From assembly GCA_963737985.1 (NCBI GenBank), contig CAVTUU010000001.1, positions 34,277 to 98,276 on the forward strand: DNA of 64,000 nucleotides. Direction: 5' to 3'. The notes under the pieces were generated by a model. The model had not been told where the DNA came from. It was given only the letters and a program-made list of their open reading frames with translations, and ran no database searches. Source of the stretch: an uncultured Chloroflexia bacterium. GTDB taxonomy: Bacteria > Chloroflexota > Chloroflexia > Thermomicrobiales > UBA6265. Positions 16,609-25,893 of the stretch are shown here, piece after piece (positions within the stretch are counted from its first letter, which is position 1; the number at the start of each line of letters is the position of its first letter). The translations under genes were made by a program, and so were the position numbers.

Positions 16609-19192
16609 ACTTCCGTTTTTCCGACGAACCAATCTCTCGCGACACATCCCTTTCTGTTGTCCGCGGAAACACAGAGATCTCTTGGAAACGAGATATCTGG
16701 ATGATTTGGTCCGACATCGCCGACGATTCCGTCGAAGGTGGACCCAATGGGCGGAGGAGATTCCTCCACGCATTGACGAAGGGAAAACGGTATCTCCAAG
16801 GTTGAAGAATGAGCGTTGCCAAAATGCATATGGTGATCAGCGTGACTGCGATTCCGCGAGGAATTTCATAAGGCGCATAGCGAAGCTTGATGGTGTGTTT
16901 CCCGGCCGCGACGGGAATACCACGTAAGATGAGGTCGGTTGGAAGGATGTTGACCGAGTGCCCGTCAACCTCAGCCTTCCAACCACGAGCGTACATCTCA
17001 CTGATCACAACGATGCCTGGAGCTGTCAAATTAGCGCTGAGTTCCAACTGATCCGCGCTTGATTCCGTGATTTCCACTCGTTCCGCGGATGAATCATTCG
17101 GCGGATCCAGCTTGGGCAAGTCACCTTCGACAAACGCCTGAGTTGCCGGGTCGTAAGCCGGGCGCTGGATCTTTCTCCTTGCATCGTTGCGATCGCCGCT
17201 TTCGGCGGAGTGCACTATCCAAGCATATGGAAGCGCATCGGTAACTTCGAGAACCTTGACTGTTTTGTCCTCGAAGACTGTCGGATACTTAGATTCCAGT
17301 TGCTTGATTTCCGCGAATTGGGTGTCATCGTTCTTTCCAACGACGATATAGCGGAGGTTGAGGAGGCGCAGTAACCCCGACAAAACGCCAGTTCTGCGCA
17401 CGTTCGCGTCGTGATAGTTCTGCGGCTCGCCGTTGACTGCGAGCAAGAAATCGACGTATCGACTGCTCTGAACCGGGTTGTAGCCTTGAACGCTCTTGAG
17501 TTCGAGTCGCATTGTTCGCCCGAACAAGAGCTCGACAACAAGCGGATCGCGAAAGCGGCCGTGATACGTCGTTTCCGCGCGAGATCCAGAACTCGCGATA
17601 ACGCTTGGTCCATACCCGAGAAAGCGAAACGGACCGCTTTCCTCCATCCGATTCTGAAGAAACCCGCCCGGGCCACCCTGATCTTCTTTGTCCAGAAAAG
17701 TGGAGAAGACTTGGCGCGGAGGCAAAATCATCGCCCGCGAGGCGAGCGCCCTTCCGAATGTGCTACCAAATGGATCCCAGCAAATACATGCAATGAGCAA
17801 GGCGAGTAATCCGATTCGAAGTAGTTTGAGGCTCAATTGAGGAACTATCGATTTAACGGCGAGGGTGAGCGCGTAGACGCAGATCAGTGCGCCGACGATC
17901 ACCATCGTCTTCTTCGGTTCAACAGCTAGTTGCGAGCCATAACGTTGGAACCATCCATCGAGTGCAAATGCCCCGAGGATCGGAAGACAGGCCAAACCGA
18001 CGAGAAGATTCCATCGGCGATGCCAATATGAAAGGGCGTCGACAGTCGCGCCGGCTAACAGTGCGAGCGGCACGCCAAACAATACGAGCGACTTACCAAT
18101 ATTGTGCTCGTGAAGTTCTCGAAAACGCGGCATTAGAAATATCAAACGACGAACCGTCGCACCTTGCAAGACAACCATGGCCGCGAAAAGCACAAGGTAG
18201 GTGCAATAGAGCGCGATCCGCCAAATTTGACCTCTCGCGATGAAGGGCGCCATGAGGGCCAATGCCAGCGTGGCGCCACCCACGTAGTAATAGCGAGATG
18301 GAATGAGAAGCCTAATCAAGAGTGTTGCCGTCATCAGGTAGTTCGCGTGATGAACAGCACCATATGCCCGGTCGTAGCTTCCGTCTGCGATGAGAGAATC
18401 TTTGTTAACACCGAGGCGTATCCAGAGGCCGGCCGAAGATAGCCCTAGGCCGAAAGCGATGATCGCAATGCCATCGGCGATGTGCCTCAGAATGTGTGAA
18501 ATTAATGCTGTCTGTCGTTCAATAACAGAATAGCCGCACCGTAGGGCCATATAACTCGCAATGATCAGAACTCCATACGCGGAGCCTTGACCAGTCCATC
18601 CAACGATCATTTGACTCAAAGCCAGAGCTCCAACACTCCAGCCTCCCGCGCGGGCTCTCAGAGTCTTCGCGCGAAGCGCAAGTTCCAACCCGAACAATCC
18701 CAGTGGAATCCAGGCTGTCATTTGGGCTTGAACATTGACGCTACGAAGTTGCTCGATAATCGAGCCATATTCGTACGCCACGCCCGCGGTGATGGCGCCC
18801 CAGAAGTTCAATCCGGTCGCTCGCGCAAGCGCGAACATACCAATTCCCGCGATCAACACATGGATGAGATATGTGGTCTGGAGCGCAGCCATGGGAGGAA
18901 ACAAAACAAAGCTCACCATTGCCGGGAGATAGCCCCAGCCCGACATCGAGTCTCCGAGAAACGGAATTTCGCTATTGACGTAGGGGTTCCAAACCGGTAG
19001 GTCACCTGCGCGTAAATGCGCACCGAGATAGGTGTAGTTGGGGAGAAACTGGTTGACGAGATCGACGCGCGAAAGATGCCATCCTCCCCGAACCCGATCC
19101 CAATAGAGGGGGAAGGCCAGGATGCAGAGGAGGAAAATGCCTCCAATGTCGGCGTTTGGGCGCACGCGACCGCCCTTCGGTCGTGTGTTCAA
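16589..19192 (-). CDS. YfhO-family (GT-C fold) membrane glycosyltransferase-like protein
   Basis: LPVWNPYVNSEIPFLGD N-terminal motif, many TMs, VQGYNP, LLNLRYIV, VVISEMYARGWKAEVDG, GIPVAAGKHTIKLRY, final TM. Confidence 0.88.
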   Translation of the reverse strand: MNTRPKGGRVRPNADIGGIFLLCILAFPLYWDRVRGGWHLSRVDLVNQFLPNYTYLGAHLRAGDLPVWNPYVNSEIPFLGDSMSGWGYLPAMVSFVLFPPMAALQTTYLIHVLIAGIGMFALARATGLNFWGAITAGVAYEYGSIIEQLRSVNVQAQMTAWIPLGLFGLELALRAKTLRARAGGWSVGALALSQMIVGWTGQGSAYGVLIIASYMALRCGYSVIERQTALISHILRHIADGIAIIAFGLGLSSAGLWIRLGVNKDSLIADGSYDRAYGAVHHANYLMTATLLIRLLIPSRYYYVGGATLALALMAPFIARGQIWRIALYCTYLVLFAAMVVLQGATVRRLIFLMPRFRELHEHNIGKSLVLFGVPLALLAGATVDALSYWHRRWNLLVGLACLPILGAFALDGWFQRYGSQLAVEPKKTMVIVGALICVYALTLAVKSIVPQLSLKLLRIGLLALLIACICWDPFGSTFGRALASRAMILPPRQVFSTFLDKEDQGGPGGFLQNRMEESGPFRFLGYGPSVIASSGSRAETTYHGRFRDPLVVELLFGRTMRLELKSVQGYNPVQSSRYVDFLLAVNGEPQNYHDANVRRTGVLSGLLRLLNLRYIVVGKNDDTQFAEIKQLESKYPTVFEDKTVKVLEVTDALPYAWIVHSAESGDRNDARRKIQRPAYDPATQAFVEGDLPKLDPPNDSSAERVEITESSADQLELSANLTAPGIVVISEMYARGWKAEVDGHSVNILPTDLILRGIPVAAGKHTIKLRYAPYEIPRGIAVTLITICILATLILQPWRYRFPFVNAWRNLLRPLGPPSTESSAMSDQIIQISRFQEISVFPRTTERDVSREIGSSEKRKSSVALR

Positions 19193-19911
19193 CCGATGCT
19201 CTCCTTGTAGTTAGGTTGTAGTGCGTCAATGAAGGTCGAGCTACCGAATAGTCAAAACTGCGCGACATTGAACGCGGAACGTCAGCGCATAAGCCGCGCT
19301 CAAATTAGAAGACGACCAAGCAACGGAGTTTGTGACGGTAGTTCATGTGGCTTGACGGTTTGTGTGCACGTTAGCCGACCTAATTCGGCTCGATTGGGAC
19401 TGATGCTCAAGGTTTTATACGTGGAACGACCCAGGGGAACGTGGGTTGTTCAGGCGCGCAAAGAACCATCGGGATGCCTACGAAATAGTGGGCGCTCGTG
19501 GCGATAGAAGGCAACAATTGGAAAGATGGCCAGTGTGAGAAAGAGATATCTCCTCGGCATCCGAAAATTGGTCGAAATGAAGCCATCGACATTGCTGGCT
19601 CGCTGGAATCCCGTCGAACTTTCGCGATGCCTAAGCACGAAAAAGAACGCGCACTTCTCGGTCATCAGAAGTCATTTGAGGACGGGCTTGCGATGTGGGT
19701 TGATATGGAGGCGCTGTTCGAATAGCTCTCAGCTGCAAACAAAGAAATTCTCGGATATCGCTAATACACTGACCTACTTTGCGATCCCGCTCTGGCAAAC
19801 GCGAAGCGAGAGCAACCAATTGAACTCCCGAAATTGAAGCGGAAATAATGCAGCATAGCGTTTAGGGAAATATCTCGCTAAATTGGGGAATCATCACTCA
19901 CCATTATGGGG

Positions 19912-19982
19912 CTGGGGTGCAGGGATTCGAACCCCAACTACCTGATCCAGAGTCAGGCGTCCTACCGTTAGACGACACCCCA
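19912..19982 (-). tRNA. tRNA-Gln (CUG)
   Basis: TGGGGTGTCGTCTAACGGTAGGACG-CCTGA-CTCTGGA-TCAGG...GGTTCGAATCC; upstream TTGAAG-N18-TAGAAT promoter. Confidence 0.96.
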
Positions 19983-20051
19983 ATGGCGGGCCGGATTCTA
20001 GCATGTTCTCGATATGCGCTTCAATTTTATGGAAGTCGGCTTCGAACGAAT

Positions 20052-20945
20052 CTATCTGACTTCGAGTGCGTGGATCATCTCAACATGATCTAAATTGCCG
20101 GCAAGTGACGCATATCCGGCCGCTACCGTGTTGCGAGCAAGTACAAGGGCGGTGACGGGACCAGTTCCACCAGGAACCGGCGTGATAGCCTCAGCAATGC
20201 CAATTAGTTCCTCAAAGTCGGCATCTCCGACGAGTTTGTCTCCGAGGACATTGACCCCAAAATCCAGAACGATCGCTTGCTGACGAACCATCTCCGCGGT
20301 AACGAGACCAGGATGACCGGCAGCGACGGCGACGATATCCGCCTGCCGAGTGAAATGTGGAAGATCGACAGTCTTGCGGTGGCAGATTGTTACGGTCCCG
20401 TTTCGTTGCATAAAAAGTGATGCCATCGGCCGTCCAACGACATTGCTGCGCCCGATTACGCAAACGTTCTTTCCCTCGATTTCAATTCCATAGTGATCGA
20501 GTAGTTCGAGACCGCCCTGAGGGGTACTTGGTCGCAGGGATGGAAGTCCGAGATGAAGGCGACCCGCGTTGGTCGGAGTTATCCCGTCGACATCCTTGAG
20601 GGGTGACAAGTGTTCGAGCACAGCGTGCGGGTTCAAATGATCGGGAAGGGGCATCAACACTAAGACTCCAGTAATGTCAGGGTCCGCGTTGAGCGCGTGG
20701 ATTTGTCGGACGAGCTCGGACTCGGAAGTCTGCGCTGGAAGCTCATAGGGGCGGTGACCGATGCCGACCCGGGCGGTTGTGCGCACGATCGACGAACGAT
20801 AGGCCTCAGCCGAAAGATTTGCGCCGACAAGCATTGTCACGAGTTGAGGTGTCCGACCGCCACGGGCAATCAGATCAACGATCGACGCTTCAATTTCAGT
20901 CCGAAGCGTAGCCGCGAGTTCTGACCCCTTCAAGATCTGCGTCAT
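20052..20945 (-). CDS. folD: Methylenetetrahydrofolate dehydrogenase/cyclohydrolase
   Basis: MTQILKG start after RBS GAAAGAGG; KDVDG, STPQGGLELL, IGRSNVVGRP, ITPVPGGTGPVT. Confidence 0.95.
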   Translation of the reverse strand: MTQILKGSELAATLRTEIEASIVDLIARGGRTPQLVTMLVGANLSAEAYRSSIVRTTARVGIGHRPYELPAQTSESELVRQIHALNADPDITGVLVLMPLPDHLNPHAVLEHLSPLKDVDGITPTNAGRLHLGLPSLRPSTPQGGLELLDHYGIEIEGKNVCVIGRSNVVGRPMASLFMQRNGTVTICHRKTVDLPHFTRQADIVAVAAGHPGLVTAEMVRQQAIVLDFGVNVLGDKLVGDADFEELIGIAEAITPVPGGTGPVTALVLARNTVAAGYASLAGNLDHVEMIHALEVR

Positions 20946-21506
20946 GCGGCGACCTCTTTCGAATCCAATGTTTGCTAATTCGTCGTCTGCACTCTGCCCA
21001 GCTCGGTTGGCCCGGCGCCATCGCTGTACCTGCAAACGCCAACATCACTGATACACGCAAGAGTCCGGATTCGCAAAGTATACGCATGAACGTACTCACG
21101 ATTGTCCCTTCTCTACACAAATGTCGACTCCTCACTAGGTTTTCAAATTTGGATTCTCGTGGACTTTTTGGCACGGGTTGAATTCTCGGAAATCATTCGA
21201 TTAAAGCTAGGCAAGTTTAGGCAGGTAATCTGAGGATTCGACCCGCTGTCGAGCGCCCAAAGAGTCGTGTTTGCTGTCGAAGAGATCTGAATCTGACGGA
21301 TTTCTGAAGTCAACGTGGCACGTCTACAGCCCTTCCGATGCGCTTTCGACCAGAAATGTTCAATCAAATTGACGAGAAAACGACAGCGTCAAAGCGTTAA
21401 TGCCAGGTCAACTGTCGTTGCCGACCGGCGGCTTTTGATACTGTCGTTTAAATTGCCCAGTAATGACAGGATGGCGCCGATACTGTGGAAAAGTGTAGCG
21501 CGTCCA

Positions 21507-21535
21507 TTGACAGGCTGACAAAAGGGGTGTACGAT
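21507..21535 (+). promoter_or_regulatory. Sigma-A promoter of the XRE regulator gene
   Basis: TTGACA-N17-TACGAT. Confidence 0.75.
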
Positions 21536-21618
21536 CATGTCAACGAGTCATGAGTGTATGACTCTCCGGCACAGAACGGCACTTTGCGCCGCTGTATTGC
21601 AACGGTTGGGGGCGACCG

Positions 21619-22038
21619 ATGTTTCAACAGATGAATCTCGATTTTGGGACGAGGTTGAAGCGCTTTCGGGAGGCACACGGTGTCTCGCAGAGCAAGCTGG
21701 CGGAACGCGCGGATTTCGATCACAGCTATGTGAGCCGGCTGGAAAGCGGCGCGCGCATGCCTACGCGTGAGGCCGTCGACCGACTCGGTCAAGCGCTTAA
21801 GTTGGATCAAGTGGAACTCGACGCACTCCTCGCATCGGCGGGCTTTTTGCCAAGAGATGTGACGAGCTTGCTTTCGAACGAACCAGCGATCGGCGAGGTG
21901 CTCGTCCTGCTGCAAGACGAGGCGGTGCCAGTTGAGTATCGGGAGAACATGCGGCAGGTGCTGCGGCTATTGGCGGCCCAAGCGCGGCTGACGAGTCAAC
22001 AACCGATGCCAGTTACCTTGGCCGGGGTCGCAGCGTAG
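21619..22038 (+). CDS. XRE-family helix-turn-helix regulator
   Basis: FGTRLKRFRE...SQSKLAERADFDHSYVSRLESGARMPTRE, followed by a helical C-terminal domain. Confidence 0.92.
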   Translation: MFQQMNLDFGTRLKRFREAHGVSQSKLAERADFDHSYVSRLESGARMPTREAVDRLGQALKLDQVELDALLASAGFLPRDVTSLLSNEPAIGEVLVLLQDEAVPVEYRENMRQVLRLLAAQARLTSQQPMPVTLAGVAA

Positions 22039-22182
22039 CGCCGAGAATCTGTTGGTCGACTGACGTGAGGCCATCAAATGGTTCGATCGAAGCGCCCCCG
22101 CCGCTCGAACCGTAAAGGTCGAAATTAGGTCGCTTCTCGAGATAGTTGTTGAGGGGCGAGGTTCACGGGCCGAATGAAGTGG

Positions 22183-22219
22183 TGAAAGCCTCGCCCATAA
22201 CGGGCGAGGCTTTCATTTT
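22183..22219 (+). terminator. Intrinsic terminator after the XRE gene
   Basis: Perfect 14-bp stem TGAAAGCCTCGCCC/GGGCGAGGCTTTCA followed by TTTT. Confidence 0.85.
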
Positions 22220-22416
22220 GATCAATTGCTCGATTCTGGTTGACCGGTTTGTATTGGTGCTTTAGCCATGCTGAAGTAGTCATTGATCAGCCGGGCGAAT
22301 CGAGTCAATGCACTTCCGATAATCCAGTTCGAAGGGTGTACGTTCAATGCTAGTATTGGTTCAGGTTCCGCGACCCGCAGCTCAACGGCTTTCCGATTCC
22401 TGGCGGAGGAATTCCC

Positions 22417-25400
22417 TTGGCTGAGTTTGCCCATCTTCATTTGCACACTGAGTTTTCGCTGCTTGATGGAATGGGCAGGATTAACGAATACGTCGCGCGG
22501 GCGAAAGAACTCAGCATCCATCACATGGCCGTGACTGATCATGGAGTCATGTACGCGGCGATGGATTGGTACAAAGCAGGTACGGCAGCGGGTCTGCATC
22601 CGATCGTGGGCATGGAAGCCTATCTCGCTGAAGGAAAAGCGTCCGCCCGCGACCGTAAGTCTTATCATCTTTTGCTCTTAGCGGAAAACAACGCCGGATA
22701 TCGCAATCTGCTCAAACTCGCATCGAAGGCCAGCCTCGAAGGATTCTATTACCGGCCTCGTATCGACCTTGAAATGCTTCAGCAGCATCACGAGGGGATT
22801 ATTGCGACGTCGGCGTGTCTTGGCGGTCCGGTTGCCAATAACTTCCTTCATCAGAAACCCGAGAGCGCAGTTTCGTACGCGGGCACGCTTTCTGAGATCT
22901 TCGGTCCAAATCGGTTTTTCATTGAGATTCAAGATCACGGCTTAAAGGAACAGGTTCAGGTGAATCGAGACCTGATCCCGCTTGCGCGAAAGCTGAATCT
23001 GCCGATTGTGGCGACGAATGACGTGCACTACTGCAATCAACAGGATTCTCCGTACCAAGACGTCCTAGTCTGCGTGCAGACGAACTCGATATTGAGTGAC
23101 CCCAAGCGACTGAAGACCGAAAGTGATCAGCTCTATTTCAAGGGTCCCGAAGAAATGGAGGCGGTCTTTGGAGAAATTCCTGAAGCGCTCGCAAACACAA
23201 TTCGTATTGCCGAGATGTGCAATTTGGATCTGGGCTTCGAAGGCTATCAAATCCCGAACTTCGAAGCACCTGAGGGCTTCACTTCCGAGACATATCTCGA
23301 ACATCTCTGTCGACAAGGTCTGAGGAAGTTTTATGGTCGAGAGGACGGTGAGATCGAAGAACGGCTCAACTACGAGCTCGGTGTCATCAATTCGATGGGA
23401 TTTACAAATTACTTTCTCGTTGTTTGGGATTTTGTCCGGTTTGCAAAGGAGCGAGGGATCCTCGTGGGCCCGGGAAGAGGCTCTGCCGCGGGAAGCATCG
23501 TAGCGTATTCGCTGGAGATTACCGCGTTGGATCCAATTCAATATGGGCTGCTCTTCGAGCGATTTTTGAATCCCGCACGAATCACGATGCCTGACATAGA
23601 TATCGACTTCGCTGATGACCGCAGGTCCGAAGTCATCGACTACGTGGTCAACAAATATGGCGACGATCGGGTTGCGCAAATCGTCACGTTCGGAACGATG
23701 GCCGCGAAGGCCTCCCTTCGCGATGTCGGCCGTGCGAAAGGGCTGCCAGTCAACGTCGTCGACCGAATCGCCAAATTGATACCGACCGGACCGAATGTCA
23801 CCATCAACGGCGCGCTTGGTAAAGTGCCTGAACTCCAAAAGATCTATGACGAGGATGATTCACTTCGGGACTTATTGGACACTGCAAGAAAAGTCGAAGG
23901 CATCGCACGCCATGCTTCCACTCACGCTGCTGGAGTGGTGATTTCTCGCGATCCACTCGTCGAACATGTTCCGTTGCAACGCGCAGGTGGCAAGAGCGAA
24001 GGCGAAATAACCACTCAGTACCCGATGTCGCGACTCGAAGAAATCGGGCTACTTAAGATGGATTTTCTGGGTCTCAGCACCCTGACCGTTCTGGGTAAGG
24101 CGGTAGAGCTTGCCAGGCGAAAAGTTCCCGATCTCACATTGGAAAACATCCCGCTCGACGACGCGAAAACCTATGAATTGCTTTCCCGCGGAGAGACTGT
24201 CGGCGTTTTCCAGCTTGAGGGTGGCATGACGACGCGGATGACGATCGATGTCGCCCCGACGAAATTCGAAGATCTCATCGCTTTGATGGCGCTCATCCGG
24301 CCTGGTCCGATGGAAATGGCGCCCGATTACATCGAGCGAAAGCACGGTCGCTCGGTCATCAAATACATGCATCCTGAGCTCGAGACGATTTTGCAAGAGA
24401 CTTATGGCGTCGCGTTGTACCAAGAACAGATCATGCAAATTGCCAATGTCCTCGCTGGATTTTCCATGGCCGAGGGCGATGGCTTGCGCAAAGCGATGGG
24501 GAAAAAACTCCCGGAAGAAATGGCCAAGTACCGGGGCCAATTTACTGATGGATGTAAATCACATGGATTGACGGAGGCGCTCGCCAAAGAGATCTACGAT
24601 CTCATTGAGCGATTCGCAGGTTACGGATTTAACAAGGCACATAGTGCTGCCTACGCGGTCATTGCCGCGCAGACGGCGTACATGAAGGCGAATTATCCCG
24701 TTGAGTTCATGGCGGCGCTCCTCTCAACTGATATCGGAAACACTGACAAAATTGTCTTCAATGTTGTTGAGTGCCGACGAGCCAGAATCTCCGTTCTTCC
24801 GCCATCCGTGAATTCAAGCGAGGTCGAGTTTTCAGTTGAAGTCGCCGAAGATGGATCTGAATCGGTCAGATTTGGCTTGCGCGCCATTAAGAACGTGGGT
24901 GATGGCGCCGCTCGCGCGATCGTCGAGGTAAGATCGCAACTTCCAGAACAGCGGTTCCAGGATCTTGACGCGTTTTGCGAGCAGATCGACTGGTCGGCGG
25001 TCAACAAGCGAACTATCGAGGCGATGGCTAAATGCGGTGCGTTTGATTGCTTCGGCTCGCGGTCAGCGGTTATGACTGCACTTGAGTCGGCGATCGCGGC
25101 CGGTCAGCAACGGCAACGGGCTGTTTCGCGCGGTCAGATGGGACTCTTTGAGGCAGGATCCACTCCTGCAAAGAGTTCGTCGCCGACGTTGATCACAAGT
25201 GGCCACGAGATTTCGCGTCGAGAATTGCTCAAAGCTGAAAAGGAATTTCTTGGTCTCTTCATGAGCGATCATCCGCTCAACGATGTGTTCGCGCATGGCA
25301 TTCCGTTGGGATATCGCCAGATCGTTGAGATGAACGATCTTCCAACCGGCGAGCGGCTACGAATGGTCGGATTGATCACGTCTATCCGGCGAATTCCGAC

Positions 25401-25893
25401 TCGAACCAACCGCACGATGGCATATGTGGAACTCGAGGATCTGACGGGTAACATTGAGCTCGTTTTGTTCCCCGATGCTTTCGAGAGTCATGCCGACAAG
25501 CTTGAAACGGACGCTATTGTGGAAGCTCTCGCCCGAGTCGACCGACGAGGCGAAAAACTTCAGCTCGTGTGTGAATCAGTTTCTTTCGATGTGAGCGCCA
25601 AGAATGAACCTCCACCACCAAATCGGGTCGTACATTTGCAGATTCCGGTGTCGGCAGACGTGTGGGACGACATTCGAATCATGCAAGCGATAGACGCGAT
25701 TCTTAAACGACACGAAGGCGACGACGGCGTCGTGATACATATCCCTTCAGGTCCAAATCAGGTACTGCTTCGCAGCCGAACTCGACGTATTGAGTGGAGT
25801 CCAGAGCTCGAGCAAGAGCTGAGTGAAATCCTCGGAATAAGCCGGATCAACTTTGAAATAGAAGGACTGACAGTCGCCGCAGCCGCGAGTTAG
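22417..25893 (+). CDS. dnaE: DNA polymerase III alpha subunit
   Basis: HLHLHTEFSLLDG PHP domain, GPGRGSAAGS, MPDIDIDF, KMDFLGL, YGFNKAHSAAY, clamp motif QMGLF; RBS GGAGG before TTG. Confidence 0.98.
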   Translation: MAEFAHLHLHTEFSLLDGMGRINEYVARAKELSIHHMAVTDHGVMYAAMDWYKAGTAAGLHPIVGMEAYLAEGKASARDRKSYHLLLLAENNAGYRNLLKLASKASLEGFYYRPRIDLEMLQQHHEGIIATSACLGGPVANNFLHQKPESAVSYAGTLSEIFGPNRFFIEIQDHGLKEQVQVNRDLIPLARKLNLPIVATNDVHYCNQQDSPYQDVLVCVQTNSILSDPKRLKTESDQLYFKGPEEMEAVFGEIPEALANTIRIAEMCNLDLGFEGYQIPNFEAPEGFTSETYLEHLCRQGLRKFYGREDGEIEERLNYELGVINSMGFTNYFLVVWDFVRFAKERGILVGPGRGSAAGSIVAYSLEITALDPIQYGLLFERFLNPARITMPDIDIDFADDRRSEVIDYVVNKYGDDRVAQIVTFGTMAAKASLRDVGRAKGLPVNVVDRIAKLIPTGPNVTINGALGKVPELQKIYDEDDSLRDLLDTARKVEGIARHASTHAAGVVISRDPLVEHVPLQRAGGKSEGEITTQYPMSRLEEIGLLKMDFLGLSTLTVLGKAVELARRKVPDLTLENIPLDDAKTYELLSRGETVGVFQLEGGMTTRMTIDVAPTKFEDLIALMALIRPGPMEMAPDYIERKHGRSVIKYMHPELETILQETYGVALYQEQIMQIANVLAGFSMAEGDGLRKAMGKKLPEEMAKYRGQFTDGCKSHGLTEALAKEIYDLIERFAGYGFNKAHSAAYAVIAAQTAYMKANYPVEFMAALLSTDIGNTDKIVFNVVECRRARISVLPPSVNSSEVEFSVEVAEDGSESVRFGLRAIKNVGDGAARAIVEVRSQLPEQRFQDLDAFCEQIDWSAVNKRTIEAMAKCGAFDCFGSRSAVMTALESAIAAGQQRQRAVSRGQMGLFEAGSTPAKSSSPTLITSGHEISRRELLKAEKEFLGLFMSDHPLNDVFAHGIPLGYRQIVEMNDLPTGERLRMVGLITSIRRIPTRTNRTMAYVELEDLTGNIELVLFPDAFESHADKLETDAIVEALARVDRRGEKLQLVCESVSFDVSAKNEPPPPNRVVHLQIPVSADVWDDIRIMQAIDAILKRHEGDDGVVIHIPSGPNQVLLRSRTRRIEWSPELEQELSEILGISRINFEIEGLTVAAAAS

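Noticed and set aside
20990-21020. ZTP (pfl) riboswitch upstream of folD, suggested by CTGGGCA
   Set aside because: The GACTGGCG...GTGG...CCAC 5' domain and CGCCTGGGC pseudoknot strand are absent.
22060-22125. Hammerhead-like core CTGACGTGA-GGCC...GGTC-GAAA
   Set aside because: The CUGANGA box has two extra bases and I could not build convincing stems I and III; the rod fold explains the region better.
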